DNA from: an uncultured delta proteobacterium
Lineage (GTDB): Bacteria > Desulfobacterota > Desulfobacteria > Desulfobacterales > Desulfatirhabdiaceae
Direction of reading: 5' to 3'
DNA length: 64,000 nt
NCBI GenBank assembly: GCA_963845015.1
Contig: CAWJRD010000008.1
Span: 3,993-67,992, forward strand
Shown here in pieces: positions 10,455 to 20,764 of this stretch. Under the pieces are notes generated by a model, which made no database searches, was not told the DNA's origin, and saw only the letters and a list, made by a program, of their open reading frames with translations. Each line of letters starts with the position of its first letter. Position 1 is the stretch's first letter. A program made the position numbers and the translations under genes.

Positions 10455-12627
10455 ATGATGAGAAAACACCCTATCGGCGCAGCATGGGGCATCGGTCTAT
10501 TCATATGTATAATGATGCTCTCGATTGCCGGGCAATCAAACGCGGCAACTGCCCACAATGGGCAGACATGGCAGGGATCACAGACCTGCCTGACCTGCCA
10601 TGAATCCGAAGCACTCGAAATGCACGGCTCCAGCCACTACCAGTGGCAGGGGCAGGCCCTTTACACCGTCAACGGTCCGGATATTCAGGGTAAACTCAAT
10701 ACGGCATTGAACAGTTATTGTATCTCCATTCTTGGAAACTGGAATGCCTGCGGTTCCTGCCATGTCGGCCTCGGGTGCAAAGCCGGAGGCGACCGCCACG
10801 CCTGCCCAGCTTCAGAACATCGATTGCCTGATCTGCCACCAGAAGGACTATAAACGGAAGAAGGACACAACGGCGTCTTTGTTCCGGATACGGCGAACAT
10901 GACCATTACCATGGATCAGGCTGTTCAGACCGTGCATCTGCCGGAGCGCTCCAACTGCATTCAATGTCATGCAAAGGGCGGCGGGGGCGACAACAACAAA
11001 CGCGGCGACATGGCCATGGCCCACGCCACGACGACGGACAGAAATTTTGATGTCCACATGTCCTCCACCGGCGCAAATCTCACCTGCCAGCAGTGCCACA
11101 CGACGCAGAACCACCGGATCGCGGGCCGCGGTTCGGACCTTCGGCAGACAGATCTGGATGTGAAGGTAAACTGCAGTACCGCAACCTGCCACACCAACAA
11201 AATGACTTCAACCGGCCATGCGACCGCGGATGTCAACAAACACGTCAATCGCGTTGCCTGTCAGACCTGTCACATCAAAACCTATGCCAGAAACGCAGCG
11301 GACACGGCCGCAGACCGAATCAACGGAAGTTTACCGTGACTGGACGACTCCGGAGTGGAGTACGGCGCTGAGCCGCTGGGAGCCGACTGATTACCAGAGG
11401 CGGCGATCTGAAGCCGGCATATGCGTTCTGGAACGGCACGAGCTGGAATTACAGCCTGAATGAGTCGGTCCGGTTCGAGGCAGCCACCGGAACCTATCCG
11501 ACTTCCCGTCCGGAAGGCAGCATCAGCGATTCGGGCAGCATGCTGTATCCGTTCAAGTATAAAAAGGCGCTTCAGCCCCTTGCGGACAGCCTGGGCGTGC
11601 TGGTGGCGCTGGATACGTCGGTCTATTTTTCAACGCGGCAATTATGACAGCGCCGTAAAGGCCGGCCTGACGAACATGGGGCATCCCAACACCACCCTGT
11701 ACCAGCAACGTCGATACGGATACCTATCAGCTCATCACCCACGAAGTGATGCCAAAGGGCAATGCCTTGACCTGCACCCAGTGCCACACGTCAACCGCAA
11801 CCCAGATGAACCTGAAGGACATGGGATATGCGATGAAGGGAACGCAGAGCACCACCTGCACCCAGTGTCATGGAAATGAGAGATATGCCTTCTTACACAT
11901 CTCTTCACAGCAAGCATGTCACGGATAAAAAATACGACTGTTCCTGGTGCCACAGCTTCTCGCGGCCCGAACGCGGCCTGAAAATTCCCGCCGGGTCGGG
12001 ATCTGACACAACAGCGCCCAGCGTGACGGTGTTTGCCATTCCATCCACTTCCAGTTCGCTGACGGTGGCGATCAGCGTCTTTACCGCAACGCGACAATGT
12101 TTCGGTAACAGGGTATCTGTTGACCGAGAGTTCAGCCAAGCCTTCAGCGACAGCATCCGGATGGATATCCAGCCAAGCCCGCAAGTTATACATTTGCAAC
12201 CGCGGGCGCCAAAACGCTGTACGCCTGGGCCAAGGATGCGGCCGGAAATGTATCGGCGAGCCGGTCTGACAGCGTCACCATCAGCAGTACATCGTCTGGC
12301 GTGGCGGACATATCGGCGGCAAGCTCCCTGAACATGGGCAGCACTGGCGTGTCCAGATCGGTGACAAAGACCCTGAATATTTCAAACCAGGGTACTGCCA
12401 AGTTGAATGTGACGAAGGTCGAGGTGGTCGGAGCCGATGCTTCCGTCTTTAAAGCATCCGCTACCGCGTTCAGTGTGGATTCGTCCAAATCGTATTCACT
12501 TCAGGTCAGATTTTCGCCAACTTACCGGCGCACGTATACTGCGACCCTCAGAATCTATTCCAATGATCCGGATACGCCGGTGAAGTCCGTAACCCTAACT
12601 GGCAGCGGGAGCAGAGGAGATGATTAA
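10455..12627 (+). pseudogene. Secreted multiheme c-type cytochrome (9 CXXCH plus 1 CX4CH) with C-terminal Ig-like/beta-sandwich domains. It has about 9 frame junctions, so it is either a pseudogene or an error-ridden CDS.
   Basis: Signal peptide: MMRKHPIGAAWGIGLFICIMMLSIAGQSNA-AT. Heme motifs across successive frames: CLTCH, CGSCH, CLICH, CIQCH, CQQCH, CSTATCH, CQTCH, CTQCH, CTQCH, CSWCH. The tail reads TTAPSVTVFAIPSTSSSLTVAISVFTATDNVSVTGYLLTESSAKPSA...AGAKTLYAWAKDAAGNVSAS, followed by NISNQGTAKLNVTKVEVVGADASVF...LRIYSNDPDTPVKSVTLTGSG. Confidence 0.75.
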
Positions 12628-12671
12628 ACACATTCCATTATCTATGTCAGGATTCAGGCACATGTAGACAT

Positions 12672-12698
12672 AAGGCGCCGGTTTATTCCCGGCGCCTT
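12672..12698. terminator. GC-rich hairpin between convergent genes, a possible bidirectional terminator.
   Basis: aaggcgccgg (12672-81) pairs perfectly with ccggcgcctt (12689-98) around a 7-nt loop. There is no clear U-tract. Confidence 0.4.
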
Positions 12699-12888
12699 AA
12701 ACATGATCAAATGGAGGATTTAAAGGAAAAGTAGACAAAAAGTTTTTTTGATCTGGCGGTTCCCTAAGGCGGGGATTCCATGTCCTCGGTTGGCGTTACC
12801 GATCTTCTGAAAAGCGTTTCTGGGAACTGATAATGAAATTATTTCCGGATAACTGAAATTATTTCCTGAATTTCGGAAAGTCTGCGGC

Positions 12889-14178
12889 TTAAATGTATCG
12901 GGTATTTGTCCGGGTGATCCAGGATTTATATCTGTCATCCAGTTTTGAAAAGCCGGATTGAATTCTTTGTCGAATATTCTGATGGGCAGGGGGCGCCTGA
13001 ATGCGCAGGCCGTTTTCCATGGCTTTAATCAAAAGCGGTTCTGTTCCATCAATCATTTCGTTTCGGGTTCCCAGAATATCCGCAACATATCCGCCGGTCC
13101 TGTCCGTTTCCCGGAAAACCTGTTTTTCTCCGGCAAGTGTGATTTTCCCCGGGCTGGTTTTTATGACATCCCGGTCATCATATCTTGCCAATTTATAGAC
13201 CATGTCCAGATAAGGCGTATCTGCGGATACTCCGAGTTTGGTGCCTACGCCGAACGCATCGATGGCTGCTCCGCCGGATAACGCCTTTTCAATCTCGAAC
13301 TCGTCAAAGCCGCTGGTGGCGATGATCTGAACCTGTTCCAGTCCGGCTTCATCCAGAATCCGCCGGACCTTTTTGCTGACTTCCACCATTTCTCCGCTGT
13401 CGATTCGGACGCCTTTCAGCAGATGGCCTTCCCTGGCCATGTCCAGCGCGACTTTAACCGCACTGCGCGCCCCCGCGATCACATCATGGGTATCGATCAA
13501 GAAAATGCAGTTATCGGGAAAGGAACGGGCATAGGCCTGAAATGCTTCAACATCATTTCCAAGCGCCAGGATAAAGGAATGCGCCATGGTGCCGGAAACC
13601 GGTATGCCGTATTTCTTGCCGGCCAGCACGTTGCTGGTTCCGGTAAACCCGGAGATGTAGGCGCTTCGGGCCACCTGCATTCCCGCATCCAGGCCCTGGG
13701 TGCGGCGAAGTGAAAAATCAGCAAGCGGCCTGCCTTTTGCCGCATGCACGCAGCGGAGCGCTTTTGTGGCGATGTTGGTTTGAAATCCAAGGGTATTGAT
13801 CAGAAACGTTTCAACCAACTGGGCCTCGGCAATGGGGGCCGAAACCTCCATCAGCGGTTCATCGGCAAAACAAATCGTTCCTTCGGGCATGGCCCAGATA
13901 TCGCCGGTAAAACGAAAGTCCGAGAGCGAGCGGATAAAGCCTTCGGGAAACAGATTCAGGCTCTGAAGATAATCCAGATCCGACTGCGAGAACCGCATGC
14001 GTTCAAGGCCATAAAGGGCATCCTCAAGACCGGCTGTGACGAAGAATCCCCGATTAAGTTCTGCGGACCCGCGAATAAACAGGGAAAATGTGGCCTTTGC
14101 CGCCAGATGGTTTTCCCAGTAAGCGAGCATCATGGTCAGCTCATACAGGTCCGTGAACAGGGGGCTGAATGATTTCAT
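12889..14178 (-). CDS. pncB: Nicotinate phosphoribosyltransferase.
   Basis: Intact 429-aa ORF: SPLFTDLYELTMMLAYW, FSLRRTQG, GTSNVLAGKKYGIPVSGTMAHSFI, GVRIDSGE, FGVGTKL. Confidence 0.9.
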   Translation of the reverse strand: MKSFSPLFTDLYELTMMLAYWENHLAAKATFSLFIRGSAELNRGFFVTAGLEDALYGLERMRFSQSDLDYLQSLNLFPEGFIRSLSDFRFTGDIWAMPEGTICFADEPLMEVSAPIAEAQLVETFLINTLGFQTNIATKALRCVHAAKGRPLADFSLRRTQGLDAGMQVARSAYISGFTGTSNVLAGKKYGIPVSGTMAHSFILALGNDVEAFQAYARSFPDNCIFLIDTHDVIAGARSAVKVALDMAREGHLLKGVRIDSGEMVEVSKKVRRILDEAGLEQVQIIATSGFDEFEIEKALSGGAAIDAFGVGTKLGVSADTPYLDMVYKLARYDDRDVIKTSPGKITLAGEKQVFRETDRTGGYVADILGTRNEMIDGTEPLLIKAMENGLRIQAPPAHQNIRQRIQSGFSKLDDRYKSWITRTNTRYI

Positions 14179-14251
14179 CTCGATTCATGGAATGACATGG
14201 ATATTTTTGGGTGATAGGTGATCATCCGACGAAGCAGCGCGACAATGCATG

Positions 14252-14449
14252 TTAATCCGGCAGAACCTCTTGCACGCGTCCGATCTGGCCGCTGTCCAGG
14301 CGGACTTTGATTCCGCGGGAATGATAGGCGGCCGATGTCAGAATGTCCTTGACAATCCCGGCGGTGCGTTTGCCGGTTCGCTGATCCGCCTTCAATATGA
14401 TTTCAACGGTTGCGCCGGGACGAATTTCTTTTCGGTGTTGTCCATTCAT
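14252..14449 (-). CDS. YwbE-family small protein (DUF2196).
   Basis: The 65-aa product MNGQHRKEIRPGATVEIILKADQRTGKRTAGIVKDILTSAAYHSRGIKVRLDSGQIGRVQEV starts at ATG 14449. The longer tracked ORF upstream of it has no recognisable features. Confidence 0.7.
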   Translation of the reverse strand: MNGQHRKEIRPGATVEIILKADQRTGKRTAGIVKDILTSAAYHSRGIKVRLDSGQIGRVQEVLPD

Positions 14450-14773
14450 TGATCTTCTCTCTCGGGGTGTGAATTTGAAAGACATTATAGCGCAAGGAGC
14501 GGCCAAAAGCGACAGATAATAAAGTTCAACTATCCTGTTTCGGAATGCTGCCCATGGATTAGCTAATCCACGATCTTCAGATCCAGTGCCGCGATGGCGT
14601 AAATCACGGGAACCATTCCCGTAGGCCACCATCCGTTCCTGGGAAAATTCCAGGTAAACAGCCTCTCCCTGTACGCCCCAGCGGCTAACGCGGAAGATTT
14701 CGGGCAAGGCCTGCTGCACTCGAAAATCGTGTCATCCTCAAAATGGAGTTTTCGTTCGGGCCATTTAAGAAAA

Positions 14774-14802
14774 TTGACATGTTTCGGCGTAGCTGTTATC
14801 GT
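14774..14802 (+). promoter_or_regulatory. Sigma70-like promoter candidate for vapBC.
   Basis: TTGACA (14774-79), a 17-nt spacer, then TATCGT (14797-802). It lies about 35 nt upstream of the vapB start. Confidence 0.3.
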
Positions 14803-14837
14803 ATTTTATAATGTGTAATCATTGAGGGGAGATGTTT

Positions 14838-15087
14838 ATGTTAAGAACACAGATACAGTTGAAAGAAGAACAGGTGGCATTGCTAAAAAATATGGCAGCG
14901 GCCCGGCATCAATCAATGGCTGAAATTATCAGGCAGGCCATTGATTATTTCGCCAAAGCGAAGCATGGAGTGGGGGAGGAAGCCGCGTCGGAGACGGGCA
15001 ATGGCCGCCGCCGGTCACTTCAGATCCGGTGTTAAGGACCTGTCTGTCTCTCATGATTCCTACCTGACAGAGATTTTTGGCGAATGA
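14838..15087 (+). CDS. vapB: Ribbon-helix-helix (CopG/VapB-type) antitoxin with one +1 junction near 14975-14990.
   Basis: RBS gagggga, then ATG 14838. LRTQIQLKEEQVALLKNMAAARHQSMAEIIRQAIDYF is an RHH motif. The corrected tail RRAMAAAGHFRSGVKDLSVSHDSYLTEIFGE* ends in an ATGA overlap with vapC. Confidence 0.65.
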
Positions 15088-15488
15088 GTATTTTTATCGA
15101 CACATCTGGTTTTATTGCGGTTCTGGACAGGGATGATGCGAGTCATGGCGGGGCAGCAAAAACCTGGATGGATATTCTGACGTCCGAAGAAACCCTCGTA
15201 TCAACCAATTATGTCCTTGTGGAAACTTGCGCCCTCGTGCAGAACCGGTTAGGTATGAAAGCAGTAAAGCTGTTTCAGGAAGATATTGTTCCTGTCCTCC
15301 GGATTGAATGGATTGACAAAGCTGTGCATCATGCTTCAATGGGAGTCATGCTTGCTTCCGGGAGGAAAAAGTTGAGCCTTGTTGACTGCGTGAGTTTTGA
15401 AACCATGCGGCTTTTGGGAGTTACAACCGCCTTCACCCTTGACAAGCATTTTAAAGAACAAGGATTCATCTGTCTGCCTTCCGGATAA
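15084..15488 (+). CDS. vapC: PIN-domain toxin (VapC family).
   Basis: MSIFIDTSGFIAVLDRDD, YVLVETCAL, LSLVDCVSFETM. The acidic PIN residues D6, E46 and D102 are in the expected spacing. Confidence 0.85.
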   Translation: MSIFIDTSGFIAVLDRDDASHGGAAKTWMDILTSEETLVSTNYVLVETCALVQNRLGMKAVKLFQEDIVPVLRIEWIDKAVHHASMGVMLASGRKKLSLVDCVSFETMRLLGVTTAFTLDKHFKEQGFICLPSG

Positions 15489-15517
15489 GCTTTTATCTTT
15501 TCAAAAATGTCGCATTT

Positions 15518-17474
15518 TTATGCTGTCAAGCCTGTTTTTATCTTGTAATCCTCGACGGTCAGCAGTTGCCATTGATCCTGTCCCCGCAGTTCCAGCACAT
15601 AGTCGTGATAATCCAGGATGCTGCTTCGGTGGCCGACACTGATATAATGAATATTCAGTTCCTGCAGTTTGCGGTAGAGGCTGGCCTCGTTTTCCCTGTC
15701 CAGTGCGCTGGTGGCTTCATCCAGAACGGCAAACCCGGGGCGGTTGATGATCAGGCGGGCAAAGGCCAGCCGCTGCTGCTCGCCTGATAGACAGGACATC
15801 CGCCCAGGCCAGTTCCGCTTCAAATCCGCCGGACCTCTCCGGCAGATCCGCCAGATTGACGCTCTTCAGAACGTGCCGGAGTTCATCTTCCGGGATCAAT
15901 TGTTCCATCTTGGGATATAGCAGTTGGTCCCGCAGTGAACCCAGCAGCATGTAGGGTTTTTGCGGCAGAAAATAAATTTCCTTCAGGGCGGGCCGCAGGA
16001 TCCCGCCGGATCCTTGCGTCCATAAACCGGCAATGGCGCGAAGGAGCGAGCTTTTCCCAACTCCGCTTTGGCCGACGACAACCAGATTGTCCCTGCCGCT
16101 TAAATCCATAGAAAGACCCTGAAACAGGGTCCTGATTTCTGTTGGGTGTCAGGAGGGTGACATCGCAAGGGCAAACCGGTCGGCCTGATCGGTTGTGATT
16201 CCAGGAACCGACGATGGCGCCGGCGTGATGGCATCGGCAAAGGTTGACAGACGTTCGACCCCGGCGGCAAAATTCGTGATCTGCTCCATTTGGGATACGA
16301 TGAGGGAAAGCGCCGCATAAATCTGGGTGAAGGCGAAATTGGCCTGCACCATGTCTCCATATTCGATCTTCCCGCTGAAATATTGCGGGAACAGCACCAG
16401 AAAGGGCAGGACAACCGGCAGGTAGCTGTAGGCCGTGGTAAATAGGGACAGGTTCCGCTGCCAGCCGATGAGCAGGTTGAAATTTCCCAGTACTTTCTGG
16501 AATCGATCGCCGATCTGGGCGATCTCCGGTTTTTCTCCCTGATAAAAGGCAATCGATTCGGCGTTGTCCCGCACATGCACCAGGGAATACCGAAAGTCCG
16601 CCTCGTAACGCAATTGATTGAAATTCAGGCCGACAAGACGCCGTCCGATCAAAATGGTCAGCAGCGTTCCCGCCAGTGAGTAGCCAAGCACGACGCCGAC
16701 CAGCAGCACCGACTTTGACCAGAGGATGCCGGTAAAGGAAACCAGGTCCATCACCGAACCCAGGAGGATCAACAAAAATCCCAGGGATGTCCGTGTAAAT
16801 GAACGGATATCCTCCATGATCCGCTGATCCGGGTTGTCTATCAGTGCATGGGTTTCGATTTCATAGTAGCTGCGGTTGTTAAAATACTTTCCCAGAAATT
16901 CATTTGTCAGCCACTCCCGCCAGCGCATTCCCAGATAACTCTGCACATATCCATAGAAGGCGACAATGGGGATGCCGATCATGAAGCCGCAAAAATAGAC
17001 GACGACAAAGAGATAGGCCAGATCCTGATTTTTTTGCACCAGGGCATTTGTGAAGTAGTTGGCGATATAACTGAAGGCGACATTGATTCCCGTCACGGAA
17101 AGTGACAGGATAAGGACTGTGGCAAGCAGCGCCCAGCCCTGCCTGCGGCTTCGGATGTGGCGGCCGAAACAGAATGAATATTCCCGCAGGAACAATTAAC
17201 AACCCCGCGATAATCAGCCAGGCTTTGGAATTGAATATTTCTGAAATGATTGAAAACAGAGCCGGAGGCAATCTTTGCGGTCAGAGCCGGTGCAAAGTGA
17301 TTTCCTGCAAATGTCAATCCCGGAGACGATCAGAAAAAGAACGCCGAAAAGAAAAACCAGCAGCATGATCAGCAACAAAAGCATGGCCCAGCCGCCACCG
17401 CGGATGTCCGGGAAAAAATAAGGCTGGGCAATCGTTACAAAGCGTTTCCACAGTGAGCGTTTGATCTGTTCCAT
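15518..17474 (-). pseudogene. Fused permease/ATPase ABC transporter of the YddA/SbmA-like family, with at least 6 frame junctions. It is either a pseudogene or an error-ridden CDS.
   Basis: The segments 17474->17214, 17317.., 17271.., 17195->16149, 16109->15717 and 15823->15518 follow one another. The TM domain reads INVAFSYIANYFTNALVQKNQ..., Walker A is GQSGVGKSSLLRAIAGLW, the signature motif is LSGEQQRLAFARL, and Walker B is FAVLDEATSALD. Confidence 0.75.
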
Positions 17475-17521
17475 AAATCTGAGAAGGCTCCTTTGGGTCA
17501 GTATTCGAGGCAGCCGCCTGT

Positions 17522-20144
17522 TTATTCGGATACTTTAACGGGGGATGCCGTTATCTTGCGTATGAGCTGTGCGGGGACACTGGAAAAACCGCTGATGATC
17601 GCCATGATCACCGTGGCCGAATAGGGAATCGACTGGACCAGGAGTACCATGAGCCACATGAATACATCCGGGGTATCCGAGCCCTGCCGTGCCGCCACGG
17701 TGAAGATGGAAAGCCAGAGGGCCAGGGCGAGCAATCCTTCCTCGCGGGCCGACTGCAATGCGTGAAACAGGGCATGGGCGCGAGCCAGTTTCGGGGTTCG
17801 GAAGAAAGGAATGGACTTTGTGAAAATTCCGAGCAGGATGGCCTTGGAAATCGTGTGTGAAAGAGACAGACCGGCCAGGGCCGAAGCAAAGGTCTGGGAA
17901 ATATTGGCGCCGACTCTGCTGCGGTAAAGATAAATCATTTTTGCCACCTTGAAGATGAAAAGCGACATCGGCATCACCGACAGGATCACCAGGGGCGGGT
18001 CGAATTTCAGGGGCAGCAGGCACATGGCCAGGGACCAGAGCAGCGCGGATATCGTAAACAGCAGGTTGATGCTGTCCGCCATCCAGGGCAGCCAGCCGGC
18101 GATGAAATGGTAACGCTGGCCATAGGTCAGATTGGACCGGCCGGGCAAGAGCAACCTTGCGGCATGGCGGCGCAGAATCTGCATGGCGCCGTAAGCCCAG
18201 CGGAAGCGCTGTTTTTTAAAGTCGATGAAGGTGTCGGGCATGACTCCCCGTCCATAACTTGTGGCGGTGTAGGCGGCTTCATACCCTTTTTCGAAGATTT
18301 TAAGACCCAGTTCGGCATCTTCGGTGATGCACCATTCGGCCCAGCCGTCCACTTCTTCCAGCGTCGATTTGCGCACCATGGTCATGGTGCCGTGCTGAAT
18401 GATGGCGTTGCGTTCGTTGCGGGTTACCATTCCGATATAAAAAAAGCCCCTGTACTCGGCGTAGCACATGGCCTTGAACATGTTTTCGCCGTCATCGCGG
18501 TAATCCTGAGGCGCCTGAACGATGGCAACCGAGGGGTTGATGAACTGGCTTGCCAGGTCCCGCAGCCAGTTGGGTTCAACGATGTAGTCGCTGTCGATGA
18601 CCGCGACCACGACAGCTTCCGGAGCGGTCCTGGCAAGGGCAAAGTTAAGGGCGCCGGCTTTAAAGCCTGCCAGGGGATTCACGTGAAAAAATCGGAATCG
18701 TGCCCCCAGTTTGGCGCAGTGGGCCTCGATCGGCTGCCAGACCAGACGGATCCTGGGTGTTGTTGTCAATGACCAGGACCTCAAATTTCGGGTAATCCAG
18801 CAGCGCCAGGGCGTTCAAGGTTTCCATCAGCATTTCCGGCGGCTCATTGTAGGCCGGTACATGCACCGAAACCATGGGAAGATCTTCGTCGGGTACCAGA
18901 ACCGGCGTAAAAGGTCTTCGTCTGGTCCGCCCATGAGGCTTCGGCCCATTCATGGGCTTCCGTGAGAAGGACGACCACGACGCCGATCATGCCGATAATC
19001 ATTAACAGGCCGACCAGGCCCGTGGTAACCGTAATATACTGCCGGGTGTAGCTGTAAACGATCCACACGCCGGCCGTGGCGGCTGAAAAAGCGATGAGCC
19101 CCAGAAAACTGCGGCCGCGTTTCCGTAAAGTCCGGCTGTCGATCAGAAGCAGTGCAAAGGTGATAACCGCAATCGCCACGGAGATGGCGGCCAGGGTTCG
19201 CCATTCGGGAATTTCAACAATGGGCGTGGTCAGGGGAAATTTGGGTTGCCGATTCACATCAAAGACCCCCCAATAGGCGCCGACCGCTCCCTCGGTGACC
19301 GACTTCCAGGGCTGATCAAAGGCTTCCATCACGTAATAGATGTATTTCTCCTGCTCCGCCCGTGCGATAAAACGCCTCAGAAACGTTGCCTGGTTGGCTG
19401 TCGATGCGACGGCCGCTTTACGGGTTCTGCCATTGCTGGGCCAGCCGACTTCGGTGATGACAACGGGTTTGTCCGGGAAAGTATCCTTCAGCAGATTGAC
19501 ATGATCAACAATATAATCCACGGCCCGGTCCATCTGAATGCCCTCCCAGTAGGGGAGCATGTGCGTTGCAATATAGTCCACGTGCTTGCCAAGCTCCGGA
19601 TGCTTGATCCAGACGTGCCAGGGCTCCGCCGTGCTGACCGGCACCTGGCTGCCAGCCTCGCGAATGCCAGTCCCGCACCCGATCGATATAGTCGCAGAGC
19701 TGCTCACTGGTGACTTCTTCCCGAAGCAGGGACTCATTGCCGACCACAACCCGCACCACATTACGCCAGTTTTCGCGGGTTAACTGAATCACTGTAGCGA
19801 TCTCGGCCTCGTTGCGTTCGAGTGTCCGCACTGATCCAGGCCCCCAGGGTAACGTTCAGCTTATGTTTACGGGCCATGGCAGGAATTCTGGCCTGAACGC
19901 CCTGTACGGTGTAAGTGCGGATGGCGTTGGTCTTATCTGCCAGCAAGGCCAGGTCGGAATCGATTTCGGCCTCGGAAGGCATGATGCCATCGATTGCGCT
20001 TTGCCCTTCCCGAAACGGAGAAAATGAAAATCCCTGAATGCGGGAAGGCCAGGGGGGTTCCTGCTCCGGCCGGTTCAGAAGCGCCCAGAAGCTGATGCAA
20101 ATGACTGCAATGGCGGTACAGATCAGAAAATTGACTCTCGACAT
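17522..20144 (-). pseudogene. NdvB-like bifunctional GH17 glucanase/transglycosylase plus GT2 beta-glucan synthase, with 4 frame junctions. It is either a pseudogene or an error-ridden CDS.
   Basis: The N-terminal TM helix and GH17 part read IQGFSFSPFREGQS, AIRTYTV, VVVGNESL, ITEVGWPSNG, YYVMEAFDQPWK. TM helices follow, then the GT2 part: VSVHVPAYNEPPEM, VLVIDNNT, VAVIDSDY, QAPQDY, and QRFRWAYG (QxxRW). Confidence 0.75.
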
Positions 20145-20574
20145 GGGATTATCCTGAATCACACCGACGCAAAACATCCACGTTGCTTGCACGGGATGTA
20201 TTTCGTTGGATGGCGTAACAAATCGGTGTTCCGCAATCTCGATAATAATCGGAAAACAAAAGAACCGGTTATTGAAATAGAATGATTTGAACGCCGATCA
20301 AGAATGATCAGTTAATTCATAACAATGAATCAAGAACCATGAACTGTCAAGTCGGATATGCAAAAAGCGGAATTTCAGAACGGATGCAGGCGAAGGTCGA
20401 TTGTAATGAATAACATGCCGGAAAAATGATTTTGATCGTGACACTGAATACAGGTATGTTTCAGATAAACTTTTGAGAATACATAAGTCGATTGCGCTGA
20501 AAAACATATTTTTTTGTTGATTTCTGTTTTTTGGAATGTTAGAAAGAACAGATGTAATAAAAAATGATGAACAA

Positions 20575-20650
20575 GCCAGCGTAGCTCAGTTGGTAGAGCT
20601 ACTGATTTGTAATCAGTGGGTCGGGGGTTCGAGTCCCTTCGCTGGCTCCA
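20575..20650 (+). tRNA. tRNA-Thr (anticodon UGU), CCA encoded.
   Basis: Acceptor gccagcg/cgctggc. Anticodon arm actga-ttTGTaa-tcagt. T-loop ttcgagt. Confidence 0.9.
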
Positions 20651-20679
20651 TCAGGCAGATTTGGTGCCTGAATAAAAAA

Positions 20680-20764
20680 GGTGGGGTTCCCGAGTGGCCA
20701 AAGGGAACAGACTGTAAATCTGTCGGCGAAGCCTTCGGAGGTTCGAATCCTCCCCCCACCACCA
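20680..20764 (+). tRNA. tRNA-Tyr (anticodon GUA), long variable arm, CCA encoded.
   Basis: Nearly colinear with E. coli tRNA-Tyr: ggtggggttcccgag...acaga-ctGTAaa-tctgt...ggttcgaatcc...ccccaccacca. Confidence 0.92.

Noticed and set aside
10352-10558. A 68-aa minus-strand ORF and the 65-aa ORF 10406..10603 in the AT-rich island.
   Set aside because: They overlap the cytochrome RBS, start and signal peptide, have no RBS of their own, and their composition is driven by AT-rich non-coding DNA.
14450-14719. The N-terminal 90 codons of tracked ORF 14252..14719, read as an extension of the YwbE protein or as a separate TA-like gene.
   Set aside because: YwbE-family proteins are about 65 aa and start at MNGQ. 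The upstream part has no motif that I can recognise in any of the three frames, only a vague toxin-like feel, which is not supportable.
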